NCBI RefSeq assembly: GCF_964355755.1
Contig: NC_092675.1
Location: 13,139,812 to 13,203,811 of the forward strand
Direction: 5' to 3'
Length of the DNA stretch: 64,000 bases
Source: Antedon mediterranea
Taxonomy: Eukaryota > Animalia > Echinodermata
Each line of letters starts with the position of its first letter. The stretch's first letter is position 1. The notes under the pieces are model-generated. The model was not told the origin of the DNA, searched no databases, and saw nothing but the letters and a program-made list of their open reading frames with translations. Of the stretch, positions 37,401 to 51,500 are shown piece by piece. The position numbers were made by a program, and so were the translations under genes.

Positions 37401-40400
37401 CATTTTGTGATTTTCGAAAAAAATTGTTAACATAAAAACACCAAAGTGTTTAGAATAGCTTCAAATCGCATTTGGAGACGTTTTAGACCAATTTGTGATT
37501 TTCGAAAAAACTTATCAACATAAAAACACCAAAGGGTTTAGAATAGCTTCAAATCGCATTTGGAGACGTTTTAGACCATTTTGTGATTTTGAAAAAACTT
37601 GTTAACATAAAAACACCAAAGTGCTTAGAATAGCTTCAAATCGCATTTGGAGACGTTTTAGACCATTTTGTGATTTTCGAAAAAACTTGTTAACATAAAA
37701 ACACCAAAGTGCTTAGAATAGCTTCAAATCGTATTTGGAGACGTTTTAGACCATTTTGAGATTTTCGAAAAAACTTGGTTACACAAAAACATCAAAGTGC
37801 TTAAAATCACATTATAAACCGTTTTAGACCATTTTTAGCATTTCGGTAACACTTTTCACACAAAAACATCAAAGAGCACAAAATAGCTTAATATCGTATT
37901 TAAAAACGTTTTAGACCATTTTGAGCATTTAGACAAAACTTTTTCACACAAAACACCAAAGTGCTTAGAATAGCTTCAAATCGCATTTGGAGACGTTTTA
38001 GACCATTTTGTGCATTTCGATGAAACTTGGTTACACAAAAACATTAAAGTGCTTAAAATCACATTATAAATCGTTTTAGACCATTTTGAGCATTTCGACA
38101 AAACTTTTTCACACAAAATACCAAAGTGCTTAGAATAGCTTCAAATCGCATTTGGAGAGGTTTTAGACCATTTTGTGATTTTCGAAAAAACTTTTTAACA
38201 TAAAAACACCAAAGTGCTTAGAATAGCTTCAAATCACATTTGGAGACGTTTTAGACCATAAGTGCTTAGAATCACATTATAAACCGTTTTAGACCATTTT
38301 GAGCATTTCGATAACAATTTTCACACAAAACATCAAAGAGCACAAAATAGCTTAATATCGTATTTAAAAATGTTTTAGACCATTTTGAGCATTTAGATAA
38401 AACTTTTTCACACAAAACACCAAAGTGCTTAGAATAGCTTCAAATCGCATTTGGAGACGTTTTAGACCATTTTGTGATTTTTGAAAAAACTTGTTAACAT
38501 AAAAACACCAAAGTGCTTAGAATAGCTTCAAATCACATTTGGAGATGTTTTAGAACATTTTGTGATTTTTGAAAAAACTTGTTAACATAAAAACACGAAA
38601 GTGCTTAGAATAGCTTCAAATCACATTTGGAGACGTTTTAGACCATTTTGTGATTTTTGAAAAAACTTGTTAACATAAAAACACGAAAGTGCTTAGAATA
38701 GCTTCAAATCGCATTTGGAAACGTTTTAGACCATTTTGTGATTTTCGAAAAAGATTGTTAACATAAAAACACCAATGTGCTTAGAATCACATTATAAACC
38801 GTTTTAGACCATTTTGAGCATTTCGATAACAATTTTCACACAAAAACATCAAAGAGCACAAAATAGCTTAATATCGTATTTATAAATGTTTTAGACCATT
38901 TTGAGCATTTCGACAAAACTTTTTCACACAAAACACCAAAGTGCTTAGAATAGCTTCAAATCGCATTTGGAGACGTTTTTTATACCATTTTGTGATTTCG
39001 ATGAAACTTGATTACACAAAAACATCAAAGTGCTTAAAATCACATTATAAACCGTTTTAGACCATTTTGAGCATTTCGATAACACTTTTCACACAAAAAC
39101 ATCAAAGAGCACAAAATAGCTTAATATCGTATTTAAAAACGTTTTAGACCATTTTGAGCATTTAGACAAAACTTTTTCACACAAAACACCAAAGTGCTTA
39201 GAATAGCTTCAAATCGCATTTGGAGACGTTTTAGAACATTTTGTGTTTTTCGAAAAAAACTGTTAACATAAAAACACCAAAGTGCTTAGAATAGCTTCAA
39301 ATCGCATTTGGAGACGTTTTAGAACATTTTGTGTTCTTCGAAAAAACCTGTTAACATAAAAACACCAAAGTGCTTAGAATAGCTTCAAATCGCATTTGGA
39401 GACGTTTTAGACCATTTTGTTATTTTTGAAAAAACTTGTTAACATAAAAACACCAAAGTGCTTAGAATAGCTTCAAATCACATTTGGAGACGTTTTAGAC
39501 CATTTTGTGATTTTCGAAAAAACTTTTTAACATAAAAACACGAAAGTGCTTAGAATAGCTTCAAATCGCATTTGGAAACGTTTTAGACCATTTTGTGATT
39601 TTCGAAAAAGATTGTTAACATAAAAACACCAAAGTGCTTAGAATCACAATATAAACCGTTTTAGACCATTTTGAGCATTTCGATAACAATTTTCACACAA
39701 AAACATCAAAGAGCACAAAATAGCTTAATATCGTATTTAAAAATGTTTTAGACCATTTTGAGCATTTAGATAAAACTTTTTCACACAAAACACCAAAGTG
39801 CTTAGAATAGCTTCAAATCGCATTTGGAGACGTTTTAGACCATTTTGTGATTTTTGAAAAAACTTGTTAACATAAAAACACCAAAGTGCTTAGAATAGCT
39901 TCAAATCACATTTGGAGACGTTTTAGACCATTTTGTGATTTTCGAAAAAACTTATCAACATAAAAACACCAAAGGGTTTAGAATAGCTTCAAATCGCATT
40001 TGGAGACGTTTTAGACCATTTTGTGATTTTGAAAAAACTTGTTAACATAAAAACACCAAAGTGCTTAGAATAGCTTCAAATCGCATTTGGAGACGTTTTA
40101 GACTATTTTGTGATTTTCAAAAAAACTTGTTAACATAAAAACACCAAAGTGCTTAGAATAGCTTCAAATCGTATTTGGAGACGTTTTAGACCATTTTGAG
40201 ATTTTCGAAAAAACTTGGTTACACAAAAACATCAAAGTGCTTAAAATCACATTATAAACCGTTTTAGACCATTTTGAACATTTCGATAACACTTTTCACA
40301 CAAAAACATCAAAGAGCACAAAATAGCTTAATATCGTATTTAAAAACGTTTTAGACCATTTTGAGCATTTCGACAAAACTTTTTCACACAAAACACCAAA

Positions 40401-40434
40401 GTGCTTAGAATAGCTTCAAATCGCATTTGGAGAC

Positions 40435-43148
40435 GTTTTAGACCATTTTGAGCATTTCGATAACACTTTTCACACAAAAACATCAAAGAGCACAAAATAG
40501 CTTAATATCGTATTTAAAAACGTTTTAGACCATTTTGAGCATTTAGACAAAACTTTTTCACACAAAACACCAAAGTGCTTAGAATAGCTTCAAATCGCAT
40601 TTGGAGACGTTTTAGACCATTTTGTGCATTTCGATGAAACTTGGTTACACAAAAACATCAAAGTGCTTAAAATCACATTATAAATCGTTTTAGACCATTT
40701 TGAGCATTTCGACAAAACTTTTTCACACAAAATACCAAAGTGCTTAGAATAGCTTCAAATCGCATTTGGAGACGTTTTAGACCATTTTGTGATTTTCGAA
40801 AAAACTTTTTAACATAAAAACACCAAAGTGCTTAGAATAGCTTCAAATCACATTTGGAGACATTTTAGACCATAAGTGCTTAGAATCACATTATAAACCG
40901 TTTTAGACCATTTTGAGCATTTCGATAACAATTTTCACACAAAAACATCAAAGAGCACAAAATAGCCTAATATCGTATTTAAAAATGTTTTAGACCATTT
41001 TGAGCATTTAGATAAAACTTTTTCACACAAAACACCAAAGTGCTTAAAATAGCTTCAAATCGCATTTGGAGACGTTTTAGACCAATTTGTGATTTTTGAA
41101 AAAACTTGTTAACATAAAAACACCAAAGTGCTTAGAATAGCTTCAAATCACATTTGGAGACGTTTTAGACCATTTTGTGATTTTGAACAAACTTGTTAAC
41201 ATAAAAACACCAAAGTGCTTAGAATAGCTTCAAATCGTATTTGGAGACGTTTTAGACCATTTTGAGATTTTCGAAAAAACTTGGTTACACAAAAACATCA
41301 AAGTGCTTAAAATCACATTATAAACCGTTTTAGACCATTTTGAGCATTTCGATAACACTTTTCACACAAAAACATCAAAGAGCACAAAATAGCTTAATAT
41401 CGTATTTAAAAACGTTTTAGACCATTTTGAGCATTTCGACAAAACTTTTTCACACAAAACACCAAAGTGCTTAGAATAGCTTCAAATCGCATTTGGAGAC
41501 GTTTTAGACCAATTTGTGCATTTCGATGAAACTTGATTACACAAAAACATCAAAGTGCTTAAAATCACATTATAAACCGTTTTAGACCATTTTGAGCATT
41601 TCGATAACACTTTTCACACAAAAACATCAAAGAGCACAAAATAGCTTAATATCGTATTTAAAAACGTTTTAGACCATTTTGAGCATTTAGACAAAACTTT
41701 TTCACACAAAACACCAAAGTGCTTAGAATAGCTTCAAATCGCATTTGGAGACGTTTTAGACCAATTTGTGCATTTCGATGAAACTTGATTACACAAAAAC
41801 ATCAAAGTGCTTAAAATCACATTATAAACCGTTTTAGACCATTTTGAGCATTTCGATAACACTTTTCACACAAAAACATCAAAGAGCACAAAATAGCTTA
41901 ATATCGTATTTAAAAACGTTTTAGACCATTTTGAGCATTTAGACAAAACTTTTTCACACAAAACACCAAAGTGCTTAGAATAGCTTCAAATCGCATTTGG
42001 AGACGTTATAGACCATTTTGTGCATTTCGATGAAACTTGGTTACACAAAAACATCAAAGTGCTTAAAATCACATTATAAATCGTTTTAGACCATTTTGAG
42101 CATTTCGACAAAACTTTTTCACACAAAATACCAAAGTGCTTAGAATAGCTTCAAATCGCATTTGGAGACGTTTTAGACCATTTTGTGATTTTCGAAAAAA
42201 CTTTTTAACATAAAAACACCAAAGTGCTTAGAATAGCTTCAAATCACATTTGGAGACATTTTAGACCATAAGTGCTTAGAATCACATTATAAACCGTTTT
42301 AGACCATTTTGAGCATTTCGATAACAATTTTCACACAAAAACATCAAAGAGCACAAAATAGCCTAATATCGTATTTAAAAATGTTTTAGACCATTTTGAG
42401 CATTTAGATAAAACTTTTTCACACAAAACACCAAAGTGCTTAAAATAGCTTCAAATCGCATTTGGAGACGTTTTAGACCAATTTGTGATTTTTGAAAAAA
42501 CTTGTTAACATAAAAACACCAAAGTGCTTAGAATAGCTTCAAATCACATTTGGAGACGTTTTAGACCATTTTGTGATTTTGAACAAACTTGTTAACATAA
42601 AAACACCAAAGTGCTTAGAATAGCTTCAAATCGTATTTGGAGACGTTTTAGACCATTTTGAGATTTTCGAAAAAACTTGGTTACACAAAAACATCAAAGT
42701 GCTTAAAATCACATTATAAACCGTTTTAGACCATTTTGAGCATTTCGATAACACTTTTCACACAAAAACATCAAAGAGCACAAAATAGCTTAATATCGTA
42801 TTTAAAAACGTTTTAGACCATTTTGAGCATTTCGACAAAACTTTTTCACACAAAACACCAAAGTGCTTAGAATAGCTTCAAATCGCATTTGGAGACGGTT
42901 TAGACCAATTTGTGCATTTCGATGAAACTTGATTACACAAAAACATCAAAGTGCTTAAAATCACATTATAAACCGTTTTAGACCATTTTGAGCATTTCGA
43001 TAACACTTTTCACACAAAAACATCAAAGAGCACAAAATAGCTTAATATCGTATTTAAAAACGTTTTAGACCATTTTGAGCATTTAGACAAAACTTTTTCA
43101 CACAAAACACCAAAGTGCTTAGAATAGCTTCAAATCGCATTTGGAGAC
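40435..43148. repeat. Tandem duplication with 1396-bp period (17 monomers)
   Basis: Private variants gcctaatatc (40965, 42361), gaacaaac (41185, 42581) and 38-mers (40862, 42258) are all offset by 1396. Confidence 0.88.
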
Positions 43149-44697
43149 GTTTTAGACCATTTTGTGCATTTCGATGAAACTTGGTTACACAAAAACATCA
43201 AAGTGCTTAAAATCACATTATAAATCGTTTTAGACCATTTTGAGCATTTCGACAAAACTTTTTCACACAAAATACCAAAGTGCTTAGAATAGCTTCAAAT
43301 CGCATTTGGAGACGTTTTAGACCATTTTGTGATTTTCGAAAAAACTTTTTAACATAAAAACACCAAAGTGCTTAGAATAGCTTCAAATCACATTTGGAGA
43401 CATTTTAGACCATTTTGTGATTTTCGAAAAAACTTGTTAACATAAAAACACGAAAGTGCTTAGAATAGCTTCAAATCGCATTTGGAAACGTTTTAGACCA
43501 TTTTGTGATTTTCGAAAAAAATTGTTAACATAAAAACACCAAAGTGCTTAGAATCACATTATAAACCGTTTTAGACCATTTTGAGCATTTCGATAACAAT
43601 TTTCACACAAAAACATCAAAGAGCACAAAATAGCTTAATATCGTATTTAAAAATGTTTTAGACCATTTTGAGCATTTAGATAAAACTTTTTCACACAAAA
43701 CACCAAAGTGCTTAGAATAGCTTCAAATCGCATTTGGAGACGTTTTAGACCATTTTGTGATTTTTGAAAAAACTTGTTAACATAAAAACACCAAAGTGCT
43801 TAGAATAGCTTCAAATCACATTTGGAGACGTTTTAGACCATTTTGTGATTTTCGAAAAAACTTGTTAACATAAAAACACGAAAGTGCTTAGAATAGCTTC
43901 AAATCGCATTTGGAAACGTTTTAGACCATTTTGTGATTTTCGAAAAAACTTGTTAACATAAAAACACGAAAGTGCTTAGAATAGCTTCAAATCGCATTTG
44001 GAAACGTTTTAGACCATTTTGTGATTTTCGAAAAAACTTGTTAACATAAAAACACGAAAGTGCTTAGAATAGCTTCAAATCGCATTTGGAAACGTTTTAG
44101 ACCATTTTGTGATTTTCGAAAAAAAATTGTTAACATAAAAACACCAAAGTGTTTAGAATAGCTTCAAATCGCATTTGGAGACGTTTTAGACCAATTTGTG
44201 ATTTTCGAAAAAACTTATCAACATAAAAACACCAAAGGGTTTAGAATAGCTTCAAATCGCATTTGGAGACGTTTTAGACCATTTTGTGATTTTGAAAAAA
44301 CTTGTTAACATAAAAACACCAAAGTGCTTAGAATAGCTTCAAATCGCATTTGGAGACGTTTTAGACCATTTTGTGATTTTCGAAAAAACTTGTTAACATA
44401 AAAACACCAAAGTGCTTAGAATAGCTTCAAATCGCATTTTGAGACGTTTTAGACCATTTTGTGCATTTCGATGAAACTTGGTTACACAAAAACATCAAAG
44501 TGCTTAAAATCACATTATAAACCATTTTAGACCATTTTGAGCATTTCGATAACACTTTTCACACAAAAACATCAAAGAGCACAAAATAGCTTAATATCGT
44601 ATTTAAAAACGTTTTAGACCATTTTGAGCATTTCGACAAAACTTTTTCACACAAAACACCAAAGTGCTTAGAATAGCTTCAAATCGCATTTGGAGAC

Positions 44698-45556
44698 GTT
44701 TTAGACCATTTTGTGATTTTCGAAAAAAATTGTTAACATAAAAACATCAAAGTGTACAGAATAGCTTCAAATCGCATTTGGAGACCGTTTTAGGCCAATT
44801 TGTGATTTTCGAAAAAACTTGTTAACCTAAAAATACCAAAGTGTTTAGAATAGCTTCAAATCGCATTTGGAGACGTTTTAGACCATTTTGTGATTTTCGA
44901 AAAAACTTGTTAACATAAAAACACCAAAGTGCTTCAAATCGCATTTGAGACATTTTAGACCAATTTGTGATTTTTGAAAAAACTTGTTAACATAAAAACA
45001 CCAAAGTGCTTACAATAGCTTCAAATCGTATTTGGAGACGTTTTAGACCATTATGTGATTTTCGAAAAAACTTGTTAACATAAAAACACCAAAGTACTTA
45101 GAATAGCTTCAAATCGCATTTGGAGACGTTTTAGACCATTTTATGCATTTCGATGAAACTTGGTTACACAAAAACATCAAAGTGCTTAAAATCACATTAT
45201 AATCCGTTTTAGACCATTTTGAGCATTTCGATAACACTTTTCACACAAAAACATCAAAGAGCACAAAATAGCTTAATATCGTATTTAAAAACTTTTTAGA
45301 CCATTTTGAGCATTTCGACAAAACTTTTTCACACAAAACACCAAAGTGCTTAGAATAGCTTCAAATCGCATTTGGAGACGTTTTAGACCATTTTGTGATT
45401 TTCGAAAAAAATTGTTAACATAAAAACATCAAAGTGTACAGAATAGCTTCAAATCGCATTTGGAGACCGTTTTAGGCCAATTTGTGATTTTCGAAAAAAC
45501 TTGTTAACCTAAAAATACCAAAGTGTTTAGAATAGCTTCAAATCGCATTTGGAGAC
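44698..45556. repeat. Diverged 8-mer sub-family HOR, about 1.3 copies
   Basis: gttttaggcc at 44787 and 45469 (682 apart); same private markers as at 30 kb. Confidence 0.88.
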
Positions 45557-48500
45557 GTTTTAGACCATTTTGTGATTTTCGAAAAAACTTGTTAACATAA
45601 AAACACCAAAGTGCTTAGAATAGCTTCAAATCGCATTTGGAGACATTTTAGACCAATTTGTGATTTTCGAAAAAACTTATCAACATAAAAACACCAAAGG
45701 GTTTAGAATATCTTCAAATCGCATTTGGAGACGTTTTAGACCATTTTGTGATTTTCGAAAAAACTTGTTAACATAAAAACACCAAAGTGCTTAGAATAGC
45801 TTCAAATCGCATTTGGAGACGTTTTAGACCAATTTGTGATTTTCGAAAAAACTTATCAACATAAAAACACCAAAGGGTTTAGAATAGCTTCATTTGGAGA
45901 CGTTTTAGACCATTTTGTGATTTTGAAAAAACTTGTTAACATAAAAACACCAAAGTGCTTAGAATAGCTTCAAATCGCATTTGGAGACGTTTTAGACCAT
46001 TTTGTGATTTTCGAAAAAACTTGTTAACATAAAAACACCAAAGTGCTTAGAATAGCTTCAAATCGTATTTGGAGACGTTTTAGACCATTTTGAGATTTTC
46101 GAAAAAACTTGGTTACACAAAAACATCAAAGTGCTTAAAATCACATTATAAACCGTTTTAGACCATTTTGAGCATTTCGATAACACTTTTCACACAAAAA
46201 CATCAAAGAGCACAAAATAGCTTAATATCGTATTTAAAAACGTTTTAGACCATTTTGAGCATTTCGACAAAACTTTTTCACACAAAACACCAAAGGGCTT
46301 AGAATAGCTTCAAATCGCATTTGGAGACGTTTTAGACCATTTTGTGATTTTCAAAAAAACTTTTTAACATAAAAAGACCAAAGTGCTTAGAATAGCTTCA
46401 AATCACATTTGGAGACGTTTTAGACCATTTTGTGATTTTCGAAAAAACTTGTTAACATAAAAACACGAAAGTGCTTAGAATAGCTTCAAATCGCATTTGG
46501 AAACGTTTTAGACCATTTTGTGATTTTCGAAAAAAATTGTTAACATAAAAACACCAAAGTGCTTAGAATCACATTATAAACCGTTTTAGACCATTTTGAG
46601 CATTTCGATAACAATTTTCACACAAAAACATCAAAGAGCACAAAATAGCTTAATATCGTATTTAAAAATGTTTTAGACCATTTTGAGCATTTAGATAAAA
46701 CTTTTTCACACAAAACACCAAAGTGCTTAGAATAGCTTCAAATCGCATTTGGAGACGTTTTAGACCATTTTGTGATTTTTGAAAAAACTTGTTAACATAA
46801 AAATACCAAAGTGCTTAGAATAGCTTCAAATCACATTTGGAGATGTTTTAGACCATTTTGTGATTTTTGAAAAAACTTGTTAACATAAAAACACCAAAGT
46901 GCTTAGAATAGCTTCAAATCACATTTGGAGACGTTTTAGACCATTTTGTGATTTTCGAAAAAACTTGTTAACATAAAAACACGAAAGTGCTTAGAATAGC
47001 TTCAAATCGCATTTGGAAACGTTTTAGACTATTTTGTGATTTTCGAAAAAGATTGTTAACATAAAAACACCAAAGTGCTTAGAATCACAATATAAACCGT
47101 TTTAGACCATTTTGAGCATTTCGATAACAATTTTCACACAAAAACATCAAAGAGCACAAAATAGCTTAATATCGTATTTAAAAATGTTTTAGACCATTTT
47201 GAGCATTTAGATAAAACTTTTTCACACAAAACACCAAAGTGCTTAGAATAGCTTCAAATCGCATTTGGAGACGGTTTAGACCATTTTGTGATTTTGAAAA
47301 AACTTGTTAACATAAAAACACCAAAGTGCTTAGAATAGCTTCAAATCGTATTTGGAGACGTTTTAGACCATTTTGAGATTTTCGAAAAAACTTGGTTACA
47401 CAAAAACATCAAAGTGCTTAAAATCACATTATAAACCGTTTTAGACCATTTTGAACATTTCGATAACACTTTTCACACAAAAACATCAAAGAGCACAAAA
47501 TAGCTTAATATCGTATTTAAAAACGTTTTAGACCATTTTGAGCATTTCGACAAAACTTTTTCACACAAAACACCAAAGTGCTTAGAATAGCTTCAAATCG
47601 CATTTGGAGACGTTTTAGACCAATTTGTGCATTTCGATGAAACTTGATTACACAAAAACATCAACGTGCTTAAAATCACATTATAAACCGTTTTAGACCA
47701 TTTTGAGCATTTCGATAACACTTTTCACACAAAAACATCAAAGAGCACAAAATAGCTTAATATCGTATTTAAAAACGTTTTAGACCATTTTGAGCATTTA
47801 GACAAAACTTTTTCACACAAAACACCAAAGTGCTTAGAATAGCTTCAAATCGCATTTGGAGACGTTTTAGACCATTTTGTGCATTTCGATGAAACTTGGT
47901 TACACAAAAACATCAAAGTGCTTAAAATCACATTATAAATCGTTTTAGACCATTTCGACAAAACTTTTTCACACCAAATACCAAAGGGCTTAGAATAGCT
48001 TCAAATCGCATTTGGAGACGTTTTAGACCATTTTGTGATTTTCGAAAAAACTTTTTAACATAAAAACACCAAAGTGCTTAGAATAGCTTCAAATCACATT
48101 TGGAGACGTTTTAGACCATTTTGTGATTTTCGAAAAAACTTGTTAACATAAAAACACGAAAGTGCTTAGAATAGCTTCAAATCGCATTTGGAAACGTTTT
48201 AGACCATTTTGTGATTTTCGAAAAAAATTGTTAACATAAAAACACCAAAGTGCTTAGAATCACATTATAAACCGTTTTAGACCATTTTGAGCATTTCGAT
48301 AACAATTTTCACACAAAAACATCAAAGAGCACAAAATAGCTTAATATCGTATTTAAAAATGTTTTAGACCATTTTGAGCATTTAGATAAAACTTTTTCAC
48401 ACAAAACACCAAAGTGCTTAGAATAGCTTCAAATCGCATTTGGAGACGTTTTAGACCATTTTGTGATTTTTGAAAAAACTTGTTAACATAAAAACACCAA

Positions 48501-51500
48501 AGTGCTTAGAATAGCTTCAAATCACATTTGGAGACGTTTTAGACCATTTTGTGATTTTCGAAAAAACTTGTTAACATAAAAACACGAAAGTGCTTAGAAT
48601 AGCTTCAAATCGCATTTGGAAACGTTTTAGACCATTTAGTGATTTTCGAAAAAACTTGTTAACATAAAAACACGAAAGTGCTTAGAATAGCTTCAAATCG
48701 CATTTGGAAACGTTTTAGACCATTTTGTGATTTTCGAAAAAAATTGTTAACATAAAAACACCAAAGTGTTTAGAATAGCTTCAAATCGCATTTGGAGACG
48801 TTTTAGACCAATTTGTGATTTTCGAAAAAACTTATCAACATAAAAACACCAAAGGGTTTAGAATAGCTTCAAATCGCATTTGGAGACGTTTTAGACCATT
48901 TTGTGATTTTCGAAAAAACTTGTTAACATAAAAACACGAAAGTGCTTAGAATAGCTTCAAATCGCATTTGGAAACGTTTTAGACCATTTTGTGATTTTCG
49001 AAAAAACTTGTTAACATAAAAACATGAAAGTGCTTAGAATAGCTTCAAATCGTATTTGGAGACGTTTTAGACCATTTTGAGATTTTCGAAAAAAACTGTT
49101 AACATAAAAACACCAAAGTGCTTAGAATAGCTTCAAATCGCATTTGGAGATGTTTTAGAACATTTTGTGTTCTTCGAAAAAACCTGTTAACATAAAAACA
49201 CCAAAGTGCTTAGAATAGCTTCAAATCGCATTTGGAGACGTTTTAGACCATTTTGTGATTTTTGAAAAAACTTGTTAACATAAAAACACCAAAGTGCTTA
49301 GAATAGCTTCAAATCGCATTTGGAAACGTTTTAGACCATTTTGTGATTTTCGAAAAAGATTGTGAACATAAAAACACCAAAGTGCTTAGAATCACAATAT
49401 AAACCGTTTTAGACCATTTTGAGCATTTCGATAACAATTTTCACACAAAAACATCAAAGAGCACAAAATAGCTTAATATCGTATTTAAAAATGTTTTAGA
49501 CCATTTTGAGCATTTAGATAAAACTTTTTCACACAAAACACCAAAGTGCTTAGAATAGCTTCAAATCGCATTTGGAGACGGTTTAGACCATTTTGTGATT
49601 TTGAAAAAACTTGTTAACATAAAAACACCAAAGTGCTTAGAATAGCTTCAAATCGCATTTGGAGACGTTTTAGATCATTTTGTGATTTTCGAAAGAACTT
49701 GTTAACATAAAAACACCAAAGTGCTTAGAATAGCTTCAAATCGTATTTGGAGACGTTTTAGACCATTTTGAGATTTTCGAAAAAACTTGGTTACACAAAA
49801 ACATCAAAGTGCTTAAAATCACATTATAAACCGTTTTAGACCATTTTGAACATTTCGATAACACTTTTCACACAAAAACATCAAAGAGCACAAAATAGCT
49901 TAATATCGTATTTAAAAACGTTTTAGACCATTTTGAGCATTTCGACAAAACTTTTTCACACAAAACACCAAAGTGCTTAGAATAGCTTCAAATCGCATTT
50001 GGAGACGTTTTAGACCAATTTGTGCATTTCGATGAAACTTGATTACACAAAAACATCAACGTGCTTAAAATCACATTATAAACCGTTTTAGACCATTTTG
50101 AGCATTTCGATAACACTTTTCACACAAAAACATCAAAGAGCACAAAATAGCTTAATATCGTATTTAAAAAACGTTTTAGACCATTTTTTGAGCATTTAGA
50201 CAAAACTTTTTCACACAAAACACCAAAGTGCTTAGAATAGCTTCAAATCGCATTTGGAGACGTTTTAGACCATTTTGTGATTTTCGAAAAAACTTATCAA
50301 CATAAAAACACCAAAGGGTTTAGAATAGCTTCAAATCGCATTTGAAGACGTTTTAGACCATTTTGTGATTTTTGAAAAAACTTGTTAACATAAAAACACC
50401 AAAGTGCTTAGAATAGCTTCAAATCACATTTGGAGACGTTTTAGACCATTTTGTGATTTTCGAAAAAACTTGTTAACATAAAAACACGAAAGTGCTTAGA
50501 ATAGCTTCAAATCGCATTTGGAAACGTTTTAGACCATTTTGTGATTTTCGAAAAAGATTGTTAACATAAAAACACCAAAGTGCTTAGAATCACAATATAA
50601 ACCGTTTTAGACCATTTTGAGCATTTCGATAACAATTTTCACACAAAAACATCAAAGAGCACAAAATAGCTTAATATCGTATTTAAAAATGTTTTAGACC
50701 ATTTTGAGCATTTAGATAAAATTTTTCACACAAAACACCAAAGTGCTTAGAATAGCTTCAAATCGCATTTGGAGACGGTTTAGACCATTTTGTGATTTTG
50801 AAAAAACTTGTTAACATAAAAACACCAAAGTGCTTAGAATAGCTTCAAATCGCATTTGGAGACGTTTTAGACCATTTTGTGATTTTCGAAAAAACTTGTT
50901 AACATAAAAACACCAAAGTGCTTAGAATAGCTTCAAATCGTATTTGGAGACGTTTTAGACCATTTTGAGATTTTCGAAAAAACTTGGTTACACAAAAACA
51001 TCAAAGTGCTTAAAATCACATTATAAACCGTTTTAGACCATTTTGAACATTTCGATAACACTTTTCACACAAAAACATCAAAGAGCACAAAATAGCTTAA
51101 TATCGTATTTAAAAACGTTTTAGACCATTTTGAGCATTTAGATAAAACTTTTTCACACAAAACACCAAAGTGCTTAGAATAGCTTCAAATCGCATTTGGA
51201 GACGTTTTAGACCAATTTGTGATTTTTGAAAAAACTTGTTAACATAAAAACACCAAAGTCCTTAGAATAGCTTCAAATCACATTTGGAGACGTTTTAGAC
51301 CATTTTGTGATTTTGAACAAACTTGTTAACATAAAAACACCAAAGTGCTTAGAATAGCTTCAAATCGTATTTGGAGACGTTTTAAACCATTTTGAGATTT
51401 TCGAAAAAACTTGGTTACACAAAAACATCAAAGTGCTTAAAATCACATTATAAACCGTTTTAGACCATTTTGAGCATTTCGATAACACTTTTCACACAAA

